The notes: generated by a model not told the origin, from the letters alone. A DNA stretch of 64,000 nt from Phycisphaerales bacterium (GCA_965227775.1 OZ245777.1:2944001-3008000); one strand, 5' to 3'; shown: positions 29,401 through 39,570, numbered from the stretch's first letter. Numbers and translations are program-made.

Positions 29401-30475
29401 CGCCGCGCCGGTCCCAGAGCACACACGCCCAAACGTTCGCGTCATCGACGGCAAGGGCTACGAGCTTGCGCAGAGCCGCGACCTCATGGGCCTCAAGGCG
29501 CGCTTGTCCAACCGCCTGCGGGATGCGCTGCTCAAAGCGGATCGCCGATGGCCGGACCGGCGCGGCATCACGGCGTGGGAGTTCGGCCGACTCCCTGAGC
29601 AGCTTGAGATCCGTCGGCCTGGCGTGCACGTCATCGCTTACCCAGCCATCGTTGATATGGGCGACTCGGTGCGTACCGCCATGCTCGAGCGCCCCGAGGC
29701 GGCGGAGGCCGTAAACCGCCGCGGAGTGCGTCGGCTGATGATGCTCGGCGCTCGGCGAGCGCTGAGGCAGCACGTCGAGAAACTACCGGCGATGGACGGC
29801 TTGCTGGCGACCTACGCCGTGCTTGGCGCCGCCGACCAGCTCCGTGGCGACTTACTCGCGCTCGTCGCCGAGATGGCGTTCATGGAGGGCAAGACCCTGC
29901 CGCGTACCAAGGACGAGATGGACGCGGCGATCGAGGATGGGCTGGATAATCTCGGCCGCGCTGCTGACAAGGCCGTGACACTCGCCGACGAGATCCTGGC
30001 GCGGGCCGTGCGACTACGAGCGCGCACCGAGGCGAACATTCCCCCACCCCAACGGCCCGCTGCGGCGGATGTGGCCGAGCACGTGCACGCCCTCACGCCC
30101 GGTGGCTTTCTTTCGCGCACGCCGCCGGTATGGCTCGCTCGCCTTCCAAGGTACCTCGATGCCAATCGCCTGCGGCTCGACAAGCTCCGCGGAACGGCGA
30201 TCGATCGCGATCACCGTGCGATGCAGCAGATCGCCCACCACGAGGCTCGCCGACGGCGCATTCTCGCGCTTGGCGGTGATGCCGCGCAGGAGGCAATGGA
30301 CCGCTGCCCCGCGCTCGCCGAGTATCGGTGGATGTGCGAGGAGCTGCGCGTGGCGACGTTCGCGCAAGAGCTGGGCGTTGCCGTGCCCGTGAGCGACGCA
30401 AGGCTCGAGTCGCTCTGGCGCCGCGTGCTTGAGGACGCGGCGGGCGTGGCGCCCGAGCTGGCGACGGTCGCGTAG
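26489..30475 (+). CDS. hrpA: ATP-dependent RNA helicase HrpA
   Basis: GETGSGKTTQLPK, TQPRRIAA, DEAH, SAT, QRAGRCGR, C-terminal YRWMCEELRV..FAQELG. Confidence 0.96.
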   Translation: MNQGQSDILQGVRGLLRRLDEAMVADRRKLRRELRTLRDEVSRGQDTTDAIDALQRAQNAVESSIDRRVERFNAIPTPDFDLDLPVLQARAKIEEAIRENQVVVVCGETGSGKTTQLPKICLGLGRGAGGLIGHTQPRRIAARSVSARIAEELGVELGGLVGYQVRFDERHGEDTSVKVMTDGVLLAETQRDRWLDKYDTIIVDEAHERSLNIDFLLGYLKRLMPKRPDLRIIVTSATIDPERFSRHFDDAPILEVSGRTYPVELRYESLSVDLTDTRELVKATVDSVNNVCHEGQGDVLVFLPGEREIREVAKSLEKGKELGRSVLPLYSRLSAEEQNRVFRPGAGRRIVLATNVAETSITVPGIRFVIDPGLARLNRYSPRTRVQRLPIENISRASADQRAGRCGRVGPGICVRLYDENSYESRPRFTDPEIVRTNLAGVILQMKALKLGDIEDFPLLERPDRRAVQDGLQTLRELGAIDEEQKLTKIGRELARLPIDPRIGRILIAAAREDCLNEILVIASALSVQDPRERPFDKRDQADELHAEYDHPESDFLAYWNLWEIAHGGRRNITTGRLGNLCRSRMLSFTRMREWIDTQKQLRGLMAELGYHINSKPATYSEIHKAILAGFLGGIGKRGEKKEFQGVGQNFVIHPSSSILEGARRKDAPALDWIVSAELVRTTKLFARSCARVRPTWIEQVAGNLCKRTYENPHFRAGSGKVYAFERVSLFGLEIIAKRRVDYGRVNPAEARELFIHHGLVDGQLKTDAKALEANKQLQDELRTLEDKARRRDLVADIQRRFAFYEKRLPDNVWTAERFETWRRQAEKEEPGRLEMTTGDLLLNDASAITPQRYPDKADVSGTRLPLTYRFEPGEADDGVTVNVPIEALGRLRTSDLDWMVPGLLAERAQAMLRALPKAVRRNIDMKVVAQEFAETHGESKDQSDAPTLAEALALHVAKLTGVDVDANELAAAPVPEHTRPNVRVIDGKGYELAQSRDLMGLKARLSNRLRDALLKADRRWPDRRGITAWEFGRLPEQLEIRRPGVHVIAYPAIVDMGDSVRTAMLERPEAAEAVNRRGVRRLMMLGARRALRQHVEKLPAMDGLLATYAVLGAADQLRGDLLALVAEMAFMEGKTLPRTKDEMDAAIEDGLDNLGRAADKAVTLADEILARAVRLRARTEANIPPPQRPAAADVAEHVHALTPGGFLSRTPPVWLARLPRYLDANRLRLDKLRGTAIDRDHRAMQQIAHHEARRRRILALGGDAAQEAMDRCPALAEYRWMCEELRVATFAQELGVAVPVSDARLESLWRRVLEDAAGVAPELATVA

Positions 30476-30492
30476 CCTCTCGCGGAGGTGCC

Positions 30493-31011
30493 ATGGGTCT
30501 CGCGCTCAAGACGCTCGCCCGACGCAGACGCTGCCCGCGGTGCGGGTATGAGCTCGGCGGCATCGACCCGGGCGCCGTTTGCCCCGAGTGCGGCACCGAC
30601 GCAGCAACCCGCAAGCAGATGCGCGACCGGCGCGAGAATCGCTTCCACTGGCTGACGTGCTACTGGGCGATCGCATTCTTCGCCGCTCTGCCGCTGGTCA
30701 CCGCCGCCCTCAACATCATTGCGGGCATGGCATACCTGTGGTCTTGGCCCGGCGGGCCGGGATGGCGGCATACCGAGACCGGCGAGTTTACGATCCTCGA
30801 TGTCACGATGGGGCTGACGCTGCTGGGCCTGATGGGCTCGGTGCTGCTGTGGCCCTTCCTGCTCGTGCTGCTCGTGTACGTCTCGTGGATCCAGTGGACC
30901 GAACGCCACCATCGATTCACCAGGTGGTGGCTTTGGCTGCTGCTGCCGCTGCCCCTCGTGCTGCCATTCGCGATCTGGGCCGTGATGGGGTGGATGATCT
31001 TTCCGGACTGA
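30493..31011 (+). CDS. Zn-ribbon membrane protein
   Basis: CPRCGYEL..CPECG followed by 3 TMs; RBS GGAGG. Confidence 0.75.
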   Translation: MGLALKTLARRRRCPRCGYELGGIDPGAVCPECGTDAATRKQMRDRRENRFHWLTCYWAIAFFAALPLVTAALNIIAGMAYLWSWPGGPGWRHTETGEFTILDVTMGLTLLGLMGSVLLWPFLLVLLVYVSWIQWTERHHRFTRWWLWLLLPLPLVLPFAIWAVMGWMIFPD

Positions 31012-31070
31012 CGGCTTCGTGTTCCGAGTGCTGGGACGAACACGAGCAAGACCATCATGGTACCAGGGAC

Positions 31071-31556
31071 GTGCGCTGTCCCTTTTGTCAGTATGACCTC
31101 TCTGGCATCCCCGACGACTTCGCATGCCCCGAGTGCGGCATGGACCCGGGCGATCGCGCCGACGCGTCTCGGCGGCCGGACCAGGATCTCAAGGTTCTCA
31201 GCATCGTCTACGCCGTCCTGTGGATCCCGATCGCGCTCGCCGTGCCCCTTTCCATCGCGACGTACGCTGTCGCGCGCCTGGTGTATGGCGTGGACATGTT
31301 CCTGGCGTCCCAACCGGGCTCGGGGCCTTACCCGTGGATCGACGTACTCGGGGCCTGTGCCGCGTGTTGCGCCTTGTACTGCCTGCTGCTCTGGCTGGCG
31401 ACGTGGGTGGTTGGGCCGATCATCGTCGGCCTACGGATTCGTCGATTGATGCAAGGGATCGAGACCCCGGCGGCGTTCTGGCTGTTGGTATTCGGCCCGC
31501 TTATCGCGTGCCCGATCGCCTACATCGGCTCAATGCTCTTCCTCAGCGGCCAATAG
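31071..31556 (+). CDS. Zn-ribbon membrane protein (same architecture as upstream gene)
   Basis: GTG start; CPFCQYDL..CPECG followed by 3 TMs. Confidence 0.7.
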   Translation: MRCPFCQYDLSGIPDDFACPECGMDPGDRADASRRPDQDLKVLSIVYAVLWIPIALAVPLSIATYAVARLVYGVDMFLASQPGSGPYPWIDVLGACAACCALYCLLLWLATWVVGPIIVGLRIRRLMQGIETPAAFWLLVFGPLIACPIAYIGSMLFLSGQ

Positions 31557-31566
31557 TTGAAGTTTG

Positions 31567-32736
31567 TTACTCGTACACCGACGCGCACCGCTCGATGCGC
31601 GGCCCCGCGGCGTCGCACACGGCGAAGCGGCCGCCGGGCCTGATCGACGCCGAGCCGAAGGCCCCGTCTTTGCGCACGGCGTAGAGCTTGACGTCGAAGT
31701 TGACGCGGCCGTCTTCACCGCGAAGGCGCCTCTCCTTCGTGCGGCGGACGATGTCGCCGGCGACCTCCAGGCAGGCCTCGCTCGGCGTCAGCCCGCGCTC
31801 CATGGCCCGGACGATGCTAAATCCGCCGCAGTTGAGGATCACGGCCTCACCCCGGCCCGTAGCGCCGGCGGCACCCACGTCGTTGTCGCAGTACATGCCC
31901 GCCCCGGTGATCGGCGAGTCGCCCACGCGGCCTGGGATCTTCCACGACAAGCCACTGGTTGTGGTGCAGCTCGCCACGTCGCCATTGGCATCAACCGCGC
32001 AGCAGTTGATGGTGCCGGTGGTGTAGGGCACGCCATGGCGCCACTGCACATCGTGGTCGGCGGCGAGCCGCTGGAGTTCGTGTCCGATCTCGTTCCTGCC
32101 GATCGGGCCGCGCCCTCGATTCATCGGGTCTCGCGGGTCCCAGTCGAGCTGGTCATCGTCGAGCCAATCGTCGCGATCGTTCAGGTTGGCCTTCCAGCGC
32201 ATCCACAGCGCGCGGGTTCGGTCGGTCATGAGGTCTTCACTCTGGAATCCGTTGGCGAGCGCGAAGCGCCGCGCGCCCTCGCCGACGATCAGGCAGTGGT
32301 CGGTGCGCTTGAGCACGAGCAGCGCGACGGCAGCGGGGTTCTTGATGCCCTCGATGCACGCGACGGCGCCACTCTTGTGCGTCGGCCCGTGCATGACCGA
32401 GGCGTCGAGCTGGATCACGCCTTCCTCGTTGGGCAGGCCGCCGTAGCCCACACTCAGGTCGTCGGGATCGTCTTCGACAAGCGTCACGCCGGCGACGATG
32501 GCGTCGGCCGGATCGGCACCCTCGCCGAGCAGCGCGTACGCGCGTTCCACCGCCCCGAGTCCGTTCGCACTGGCGACGACAACGGGGCCGCCGCCCCCAC
32601 CATCCCCGCCGTCCTGCTGCGGCCGCGGCGCCCCCGCCATCGCTCGCTTGGGCAGTCCAAGGCCAATGGAGGCCCCAACAAGACCAGCCGCCCCAATCAC
32701 CCCGCCCGAGAGCACGTCACGCCGTGAGATGGTCAT
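31567..32736 (-). CDS. N(4)-(beta-N-acetylglucosaminyl)-L-asparaginase family Ntn hydrolase, Tat-exported
   Basis: SRRDVL Tat signal; SVGYGGLPN, QLDASVM, GTIN, TTTSG, GRVGDSP, ATGRGE. Confidence 0.9.
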   Translation of the reverse strand: MTISRRDVLSGGVIGAAGLVGASIGLGLPKRAMAGAPRPQQDGGDGGGGGPVVVASANGLGAVERAYALLGEGADPADAIVAGVTLVEDDPDDLSVGYGGLPNEEGVIQLDASVMHGPTHKSGAVACIEGIKNPAAVALLVLKRTDHCLIVGEGARRFALANGFQSEDLMTDRTRALWMRWKANLNDRDDWLDDDQLDWDPRDPMNRGRGPIGRNEIGHELQRLAADHDVQWRHGVPYTTGTINCCAVDANGDVASCTTTSGLSWKIPGRVGDSPITGAGMYCDNDVGAAGATGRGEAVILNCGGFSIVRAMERGLTPSEACLEVAGDIVRRTKERRLRGEDGRVNFDVKLYAVRKDGAFGSASIRPGGRFAVCDAAGPRIERCASVYE

Positions 32737-32824
32737 GACGCAGCGTAGCCGGGGGTTTCGTCGCGCGCCGTATGAGACTATCGAGCGGGCGTTCGGGGCC
32801 TAGGAACCATCTCGACGCCTTCTC

Positions 32825-33802
32825 TCACCCAGCCCGCGTGGCCGACACAGTGAACGAACCGGCACCGCGGACGTAGACCCACGCGGGCTCGCCAAGCGGG
32901 TCAATCGACAGGGACACGCTCGCTCCGGTATCGCCACGACCCCGACGTGCCCCGGTGGCATTGCGCGGGCCAACATAGCTACCCGGCTCGAGTTCGAGCG
33001 GCGCGTCAGCCTCAGTGAGGTGCAGCAGCGGGTGCCCTGAGATGACGACCAGCCGCATCGACGGGTCATCGCTCGCGATCGTGACGCGCATGCCGCGTGG
33101 CAACTCGACAAGTGCCCCGCCGGGCAACTCGTCCTGCGGATTGCCCCAGAGATAGGTGATGCGTGGACCCCCATCGGGTGAAACGCCACGTGGCAGCTCG
33201 ATGCGGCTCGTGGTCGATGCATCGAGCCAGACCAGGTTCGCCGCGTGCACATTGATCGCGCGCTCGCCGGTGTCGATGGCCTCCTCGGCCGGCCGAACGA
33301 GGTACGGCCCGCGCTGGATCTCGATGTAGGCGATCCGTTCTCCATCCCCACCACCGCCCGTGCGCTGTCGGATGGGCACGCCCGATCGGGCCGAGGTGAT
33401 GTGCACCTCGCCCTCGGGCTGCGTCCAGTACGAGCCGGGCGCCATCCAGGAGTTGGCAGCACCGGGGTCGTCGTTGTGGATCAGCCCCTCAATGACCAGG
33501 CCGCGGTAGGTCACGTTGTGGATGTGCGGCGGCGAGGAGAAGCCCTCGGCAAACTTCACAAGGAAGCCCGTTGCGCCTTCGAGCGTTCGATCACCCCACA
33601 GGTCGGCCGCGCGTGGCCCGGCGTCGCCGCGAGCAGGATTGAGCGCACCCCAGTTGGCGTCCGAGGCCAACACGACTTCGACGGGAGCGCTGGCCCGTGC
33701 CTCGGACTGCGCGGCAGCCTCTCCTGTGGACGCTCCGCCAGCCGCACAGCCGGCGAGCGTCATGGCAATTGCGGCGATCAGCGTTGTGGCGATCTTGGGC
33801 AT
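32825..33802 (-). CDS. DUF4437-type cupin lipoprotein
   Basis: lipobox [42 protein letters not shown]. Confidence 0.8.
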   Translation of the reverse strand: MPKIATTLIAAIAMTLAGCAAGGASTGEAAAQSEARASAPVEVVLASDANWGALNPARGDAGPRAADLWGDRTLEGATGFLVKFAEGFSSPPHIHNVTYRGLVIEGLIHNDDPGAANSWMAPGSYWTQPEGEVHITSARSGVPIRQRTGGGGDGERIAYIEIQRGPYLVRPAEEAIDTGERAINVHAANLVWLDASTTSRIELPRGVSPDGGPRITYLWGNPQDELPGGALVELPRGMRVTIASDDPSMRLVVISGHPLLHLTEADAPLELEPGSYVGPRNATGARRGRGDTGASVSLSIDPLGEPAWVYVRGAGSFTVSATRAG

Positions 33803-33889
33803 GCGTTTTATCTCCTTGGCGCGGCACGGGGCCTGGCTCGCCAGCAGAGCCTACGCCCCTGGTGCGCTGCCCTCCCTACAAATCTACCC

Positions 33890-34516
33890 ATGCGCCACTT
33901 CTTCTCCGATCTCATCTTCCTCTTTGCCGTCATCGATCCCATCGGCACCGTGCCGGTGTTCATCGCGGCAACGGCGGGTATGTCGGCGCGGGCCCGGCGG
34001 ATCATCGCGTTCCGCGCGTTCGCGGTTTCCGTCGGCCTGGTGCTGGGCGCGATCATCGTCGGTCAGCTCGTGCTCGAGTGGCTCGACCTGGACGTGGCCG
34101 CGTTGCAGGTCGCCGGCGGCATCATCCTGTTCCTGTTCGCGCTGAACATGGTGCTGGGCGAGAGCAAGCCCGAGTCTGAGCTTGCCGAGATCGAGAAGCA
34201 CACCAACGACAACCTGGACGTCGCGGTCTATCCGCTGGCGGTCCTGTCGATCGCTGGCCCGGGTGCGCTCACCGCAGTCATCTTGCGAACCGACAACGCA
34301 CAGTTCTCCATCGGCCAGCAGATGCTGACGGCAACCGCGGCGTGCGCGATCGTCGGCCTCACGTTCGCGGCGATGCTGGGCGCGGCGATGATCCAGAGGC
34401 TGCTAGGCCAGATGGGTGCGAGCATCGTCAGCCGAGTGATGGGCCTGCTGTTCGCCGCCATCGCCGCCGACACGGTGCTGACTGGCGTGCGCACCTTCTT
34501 TGCGCAGCCGGCGTGA
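33890..34516 (+). CDS. MarC family membrane protein
   Basis: LFAVIDPIG..PVF, AGGIILF, YPLA..IAGPG, SRVMGLL; start trimmed to ATG 33890. Confidence 0.9.
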   Translation: MRHFFSDLIFLFAVIDPIGTVPVFIAATAGMSARARRIIAFRAFAVSVGLVLGAIIVGQLVLEWLDLDVAALQVAGGIILFLFALNMVLGESKPESELAEIEKHTNDNLDVAVYPLAVLSIAGPGALTAVILRTDNAQFSIGQQMLTATAACAIVGLTFAAMLGAAMIQRLLGQMGASIVSRVMGLLFAAIAADTVLTGVRTFFAQPA

Positions 34517-34721
34517 AGGTGCCTTGGGCGAGGGACTCCAACTGTACTTGGGAATTCCCTCTTTCCACAGCCGATGCGCTTCATCGCCGCGGCCACGTGG
34601 CTTCGAAGTCGAATTATTAAGAACGATCGGGTCCGGGCCACCCGCTTGGAACTCGCTAGCATTTCTTTCACGCTGCGGCAAGGACGCTCCTCGCCTCGGC
34701 ACCACTGTGGAGGGTTGCGAC

Positions 34722-36128
34722 ATGTCTCCGAAGTTGCCAGAACGTAAGAGCAGTCCGTTGGTCGCCGCAGTCGCGGTGCTCGCCGTCGCGGGCATCGCCC
34801 ACGCGCAGCAGACCTCACGAACCACCGCACGCTTCACCAGCATCGAGCAATCTATGTGGGCCAGCGGCGGCGGCTTCGTGTACGACTTCGCGCAGGACTA
34901 CACCGTGGGCGCCGAAACTGGCTCGCTGACGGTCAACCCGGGCCCGGTCTCGGGTTCGGGCGTGACGGTCGATACACGGTTTGCCGTCAGTGCGGTGGCC
35001 GAACTGGGCGTGGGCGTGGGCTTCGGCCTCGACAGCGGCACCGTCGATGCGGCGATGTTCTACGACATTGACATGACGGCGCCGACACTCGTCCGCGGCG
35101 GCGGCTTCTTCAACCTCGAGTTCGAGGCCAGCCTCTCGCCGACCTCGCAACTCATCACGCGCTCGCCCGATGCGTACGCGAACCTCGACGCGATCTTCGC
35201 GGTCTCCAACAACCTCTTTGGCGAGGCCATCGTCAGCTGCAGCGCCGCGACGGCCCTCTTGGGCGGCATCGAACGCGGCACGTTCCGCCACCGCAGCTAT
35301 CCGCTCATCGACATCGACCTGCGCGAGACGCTCTTCGGCTTCAACCCTGATGGCGACGGCCGCTTCTATTGGAAGGGCGCCGACGTCGGCGGCGTGGGTC
35401 AGGTCATCACCATCGGCAGCCCGCTCGCGCCCGCCGCCGAGATCACGGTCGGCGACTGGCGCATCGATGCCCAGGGCGGCGTCGCGGGCCCCGATCGCCT
35501 CGCGGCTCAGGGCGAGATCACCATGCTCACCGCGCTGATCGACGTCGACTCGGCCATCACCGGCGGCTCGGTGGCGACCGGCGCGGGCATCCGGGTAAGC
35601 ATGAGCGACAACATCGTGCTGGACACCGGCTACGACGTCATCGACTTCGACAACATCTACGCGATCGGCTACCGCCAGGCGTTTGGGCTCGACGCGGCCG
35701 TGCTCGTGACGCTCGACTTCTCGCAGGCGGTCGACCTGCGGTGGCCCGACGGCACGATCACGAGCGGCACGAGCGTGGGCCCGCTGCCGTTGGCCGACGT
35801 GCCCCAGGTGCGCATCGGCACGGGCGAGGTCGCCATCCGCCCGACCTACTCGCTCGCGGCCGAGTTGACCAACGACACCGACCTGACCTTCGACGTCGAC
35901 TTTGCCGCCCAGGTCGCACGCGGCAACTTCGATTTCGAGTTCAACAGCCTGATCTATGACACCAGCGTCAGCCGCAGCTTCGGCCCGCTGTGGAGCCAGG
36001 ACTGGCAGGTCGCCAACCCGACCATCGACGTCTACACGCAGCGCTTCCCGCTGGGCGGGTTTGCGCCCGTCACCGGCGAGCCGGTGAGCGTCGTGTCAAC
36101 GCGCAACGCGTTCGGGCGGGCTCGGTAG
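34722..36128 (+). CDS. secreted beta-rich hypothetical protein
   Basis: signal peptide (..IAHA/QQ); rich in G, D, T, F; start trimmed to MSPKL with GGAGG upstream. Confidence 0.75.
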   Translation: MSPKLPERKSSPLVAAVAVLAVAGIAHAQQTSRTTARFTSIEQSMWASGGGFVYDFAQDYTVGAETGSLTVNPGPVSGSGVTVDTRFAVSAVAELGVGVGFGLDSGTVDAAMFYDIDMTAPTLVRGGGFFNLEFEASLSPTSQLITRSPDAYANLDAIFAVSNNLFGEAIVSCSAATALLGGIERGTFRHRSYPLIDIDLRETLFGFNPDGDGRFYWKGADVGGVGQVITIGSPLAPAAEITVGDWRIDAQGGVAGPDRLAAQGEITMLTALIDVDSAITGGSVATGAGIRVSMSDNIVLDTGYDVIDFDNIYAIGYRQAFGLDAAVLVTLDFSQAVDLRWPDGTITSGTSVGPLPLADVPQVRIGTGEVAIRPTYSLAAELTNDTDLTFDVDFAAQVARGNFDFEFNSLIYDTSVSRSFGPLWSQDWQVANPTIDVYTQRFPLGGFAPVTGEPVSVVSTRNAFGRAR

Positions 36129-36276
36129 TCACAGCGCCATCGCCTGCACACAACACCCCGACACCAACGCTTGAGGCCCAACCCTTCGAAGACCACCGCG
36201 GGGGCCTTAGTGATGCAGCGCAACGAGGGAACATCAGCACACCCAAGAGCCCGTGTGTGCTGGCTGGTCGCTGATC

Positions 36277-37356
36277 TCAGCTCCCAAACAGCTCGATGGT
36301 CTCCATCGGCGTGATGCGGCCTTCGAGCACGGCCTGCGACGGCGTGTAGTGGCGCATCGCGGCGTTCCAGCTGCCCGTGTCGTTCTCGATCGGGATGTTG
36401 TTGATCTCGCCCTCGCAGCCGAAGTGGATCGTGAAGGTGCCATCGGCGTTGGGCACGGCGTTCTCCGAGTTCACGTTGGCGATCTCGTGGAACATGAAGC
36501 CGTCCTTGTTGTACACCGTGATCGACCAGAAGCCGCCGGTGTTCTTGGGATCCTCGAACGTCGTCGAGCGCCCGTCGAAGCCCTCGAAGAATTCCGAGAA
36601 CTGGTAGATGTTGTCCTTCCACGTCGCGCCGCCCCAGCCAATGGCGGTGCCCATGAGGTAGCGCTCGGGGTCGACGTAGTCCTCGGTGCCGAACATTCGC
36701 TCGGTGTCACGAAGCCCGGACTGCGCGAAGCTCTCCAGTATGCCGTGGTGGACCTCCTGGTACGACGCCTCGTCGTACTCGATCGGTTCGAGTGGGTTCG
36801 AGCTGCCGGCCTCCAGACCGATCTGGTCCTGCAGCGCGTGGATCTCGGCGAGATCGGCCTCATCGCCCGAGCGGAGGCCGATGCGCACGAGCGCGTACAT
36901 GTGGTCGGAGTGCGGCGGGATCTCGTGCTCGCCCGGCTCGTACACCATGTCGTACACGCGGTGGTTCTCGTCGAGGTACATCAGCGAGATGTACCGGCCG
37001 TCGGTCTCGGGCAGCGTCACCGTCGCGCCACCGGTCGTGTCGATGACCGCCATCGAGTACAGCGTGTCGCGGTTCATCCGGATCACCGGCTGGTTGTCGA
37101 CCGGCGGCACCGCCCGCTTGTGCTGGAAGCGGTTCACGCCCCCGGCGTTGCGCTGGGTGATGCCCATCTGCCGGTTGGTCTCGACGACCGGGTAGTTGGC
37201 CCGCGTGACTTGGACCAGGCCGTCGGCCTCCTGGGCCGTGTCGTCGGTCGCAGCCTCGGTCGCTTCGTCGGTCGCCTCGTCGGTCGTCCCCGAGCAGCCC
37301 GCGAACGCGACGACTCCGACCACCCCAAACACGCCCACGATGAACCGGCTTCGCAT
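36277..37356 (-). CDS. DUF1254/DUF1214 lipoprotein
   Basis: lipobox FAGC; IRMNRDTLYS, GFWSITVY, NADGTFTIHFG, RHY.P. Confidence 0.88.
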   Translation of the reverse strand: MRSRFIVGVFGVVGVVAFAGCSGTTDEATDEATEAATDDTAQEADGLVQVTRANYPVVETNRQMGITQRNAGGVNRFQHKRAVPPVDNQPVIRMNRDTLYSMAVIDTTGGATVTLPETDGRYISLMYLDENHRVYDMVYEPGEHEIPPHSDHMYALVRIGLRSGDEADLAEIHALQDQIGLEAGSSNPLEPIEYDEASYQEVHHGILESFAQSGLRDTERMFGTEDYVDPERYLMGTAIGWGGATWKDNIYQFSEFFEGFDGRSTTFEDPKNTGGFWSITVYNKDGFMFHEIANVNSENAVPNADGTFTIHFGCEGEINNIPIENDTGSWNAAMRHYTPSQAVLEGRITPMETIELFGS

Positions 37357-37454
37357 CGGTGTACCCCCATCTGGATCTGGCGTCGCAAGGCCGCTCTGGC
37401 CCGCCGCCGGTCCTGCGCGATTATAGAACAAGCCCGCGGTGCCGCGAGACTCGC

Positions 37455-38021
37455 CTATTCGACCACGAAGTCCGGCCGCGGCCGGGGCGCGCCCTCCAGC
37501 GGGCGGCTGTACCGCGAGATGACACGCCAGGTGCCGTCGCGGTCGACCCAGATGTCGGTGAGGTCGTAGACGCCCGAGAGGTCATCGGCGCCGCCGGGGC
37601 CGTCGGCCGTCCACTCCTCGAGCGTCATGCGCATGTTGACGGCGACAATGTCGCCCGAGATCGGCTTCACGTCGACGCTTGCCATCTCGATGCGACCGAA
37701 GGACATGCCCGCGAGGTTCTGCCGCCAGCGCCAGCCGGCCAGCCCGGGCGACGGGTTGCCCTCGTCGATGGTCATGGCGAACGGCGGGATCTCCTCGAGC
37801 GTCAGGCGGAAGTCGGGCGCCATGAGGCCCTCGAGCGCGGCAATGTCCTTGCGCTGCATGGCCGAGGCCCACTCGATCTCGCGATCGATCACCGCCTGGG
37901 CTGCAATTGGCCCGGCGCAGCCGGTGAGGCTGGCGAGCAGCGTTGCGAGGACGGCGATGCCCAAGGCGGCGCGGGCGCTGGACCCGATCGGGTTGGTTCT
38001 CATGAAGTTGGTCATGGGCAC
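37455..38021 (-). CDS. DUF4440/NTF2-like lipoprotein
   Basis: lipobox LTGC; EWASA..DIAALEGLMAPDF, TDIWVDRDGTWRVISR. Confidence 0.8.
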   Translation of the reverse strand: MPMTNFMRTNPIGSSARAALGIAVLATLLASLTGCAGPIAAQAVIDREIEWASAMQRKDIAALEGLMAPDFRLTLEEIPPFAMTIDEGNPSPGLAGWRWRQNLAGMSFGRIEMASVDVKPISGDIVAVNMRMTLEEWTADGPGGADDLSGVYDLTDIWVDRDGTWRVISRYSRPLEGAPRPRPDFVVE

Positions 38022-38237
38022 AGGCTACGGCAGTGGTGCTCCCAGGGGATTGCTCGCGTGCGGAGCGGAACGCTCGCAGATCCTCGCGGGCCGGCGACGT
38101 CTGGAGCGCGGGTGGTCGCTCGCACCCCCGTCAGGGCCGGGCGTCGCCGTGAACGAACAACATGGCCTTGCCATCCAAGTGAGAATCTGGTATCTTGACC
38201 CGCTCGCGGCACGCCGTCGCTGGCAGAGGAGAGAGAC

Positions 38238-39554
38238 ATGCCCGCCCCCACCAATGCCCAGGCCGCCGCTGTCGTTTCGCGCACGCCTCTGGCCATCCTC
38301 GCGATTGCGGGGCTGGTCTCGACAACCCTGGCCCAGACCTGCGACCCGGCGACCATCTATGCAATCGGCGTTCCCGTAGACGTCGGGCTCAACCCCCGGG
38401 ATGCCGCGCTGGAGGATCTGAATGGCGATGGCGTGCCGGATCTCATTTCCGTGGGTCTTGGAATCGATGCGGCCGTGAGCGTGCTGCTTGGCAACGGCGA
38501 TGGAACGTTCGAGCCCCGGCAGAACTTCGAGGCCACGGGCCCATTGAGCGTGGCCACCGCCGATCTTGACGGCAACGGCACCACCGACGTCGTCATCGGG
38601 AGTGTGACCAACAACGTCGGGGTGCTGCTGGGGCGCGGAGATGGCACGTTCGAGGCCGAGGTGCTCTTCGGAGCCGGCGCGACACCGCGCTCCGTTGCCG
38701 TAGGTGACGTTGACAGCGACGGGGTCCTCGACATCGTCGCTGCGAATCTGGATGGGGCCGACGTCAGCATCCTATTGGGCAACGGTGATGGCACCTTTGC
38801 CACCGAGCAACGCGTGGCAGCGGGCGGCGACCCTCGAGCCATTGCGCTCGGCGATCTCGACGGGGACGGCAACCTCGACATCGCCGTCGGCAATCGCCTG
38901 GATCAGCAGGTGGGCGTGCTGCGTGGTCGCGGTGACGGCACGTTCGAGGCCCAGGTGCCCTACGCCGTCGGCGCGCAGATCCGCGCGGTCGCCATCGGCG
39001 ACCTGGATGGAGATGGGAAACCGGATCTTGCGGTCGCCAATCAGACCGACGATGACGTCAGCGTGCTGTTGGGTCGTGGCGATGGCACGTTCGAGCCGCA
39101 GGTTCGTGTGGCGGCGGGCGACGGGCCGCAGAGCCTCAAGCTGGGCGATGTGAGTGGCGACGGCGTGCTCGACATGGTGGTGCCGAACTTCTTTGGCGAT
39201 GACGTCGGCGTGCTGCTGGGTGTGGGCGATGGCACGTTCCAGCCCGTCGCCTTGTTCGCAACGGGAGATGGCGCTACCGGCGTGGCACTGGGTGACGTCG
39301 ACGGGGATGGGGACGTCGATCTGGCGGTCCCAAACGCCAATGCCGGGGACGCCGCGATCCTGCTCAATACCTGTGGTCCGTTCGCCGCGTGTCCCGCCGA
39401 TCTGGACGGCGATGGCACGCTGAGCCTGTTCGACTTCCTTACGTTCCAGAACCTGTTCGACGCGGGCGACCCCGTGGCCGACTTCGATGGCGATGGCCAG
39501 CTGACGCTGTTCGACTTCCTGGCGTTCCAGAACGCCTTCGATGCGGGGTGCTGA
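38238..39554 (+). CDS. FG-GAP/VCBS repeat protein with C-terminal GC-type dockerin
   Basis: about 7 repeats of GDLDGDG..D...VSVLLGNGDGTF; C-terminal CPADLDGDG..FDAGC. Confidence 0.9.
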   Translation: MPAPTNAQAAAVVSRTPLAILAIAGLVSTTLAQTCDPATIYAIGVPVDVGLNPRDAALEDLNGDGVPDLISVGLGIDAAVSVLLGNGDGTFEPRQNFEATGPLSVATADLDGNGTTDVVIGSVTNNVGVLLGRGDGTFEAEVLFGAGATPRSVAVGDVDSDGVLDIVAANLDGADVSILLGNGDGTFATEQRVAAGGDPRAIALGDLDGDGNLDIAVGNRLDQQVGVLRGRGDGTFEAQVPYAVGAQIRAVAIGDLDGDGKPDLAVANQTDDDVSVLLGRGDGTFEPQVRVAAGDGPQSLKLGDVSGDGVLDMVVPNFFGDDVGVLLGVGDGTFQPVALFATGDGATGVALGDVDGDGDVDLAVPNANAGDAAILLNTCGPFAACPADLDGDGTLSLFDFLTFQNLFDAGDPVADFDGDGQLTLFDFLAFQNAFDAGC

Positions 39555-39570
39555 CCGCTCCGCGGGGGGT

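Noticed and set aside
38400..39330. Recurrent GGCGATGGCACGTTC-like DNA repeats
   Set aside because: Fully explained by the FG-GAP/VCBS protein repeats.
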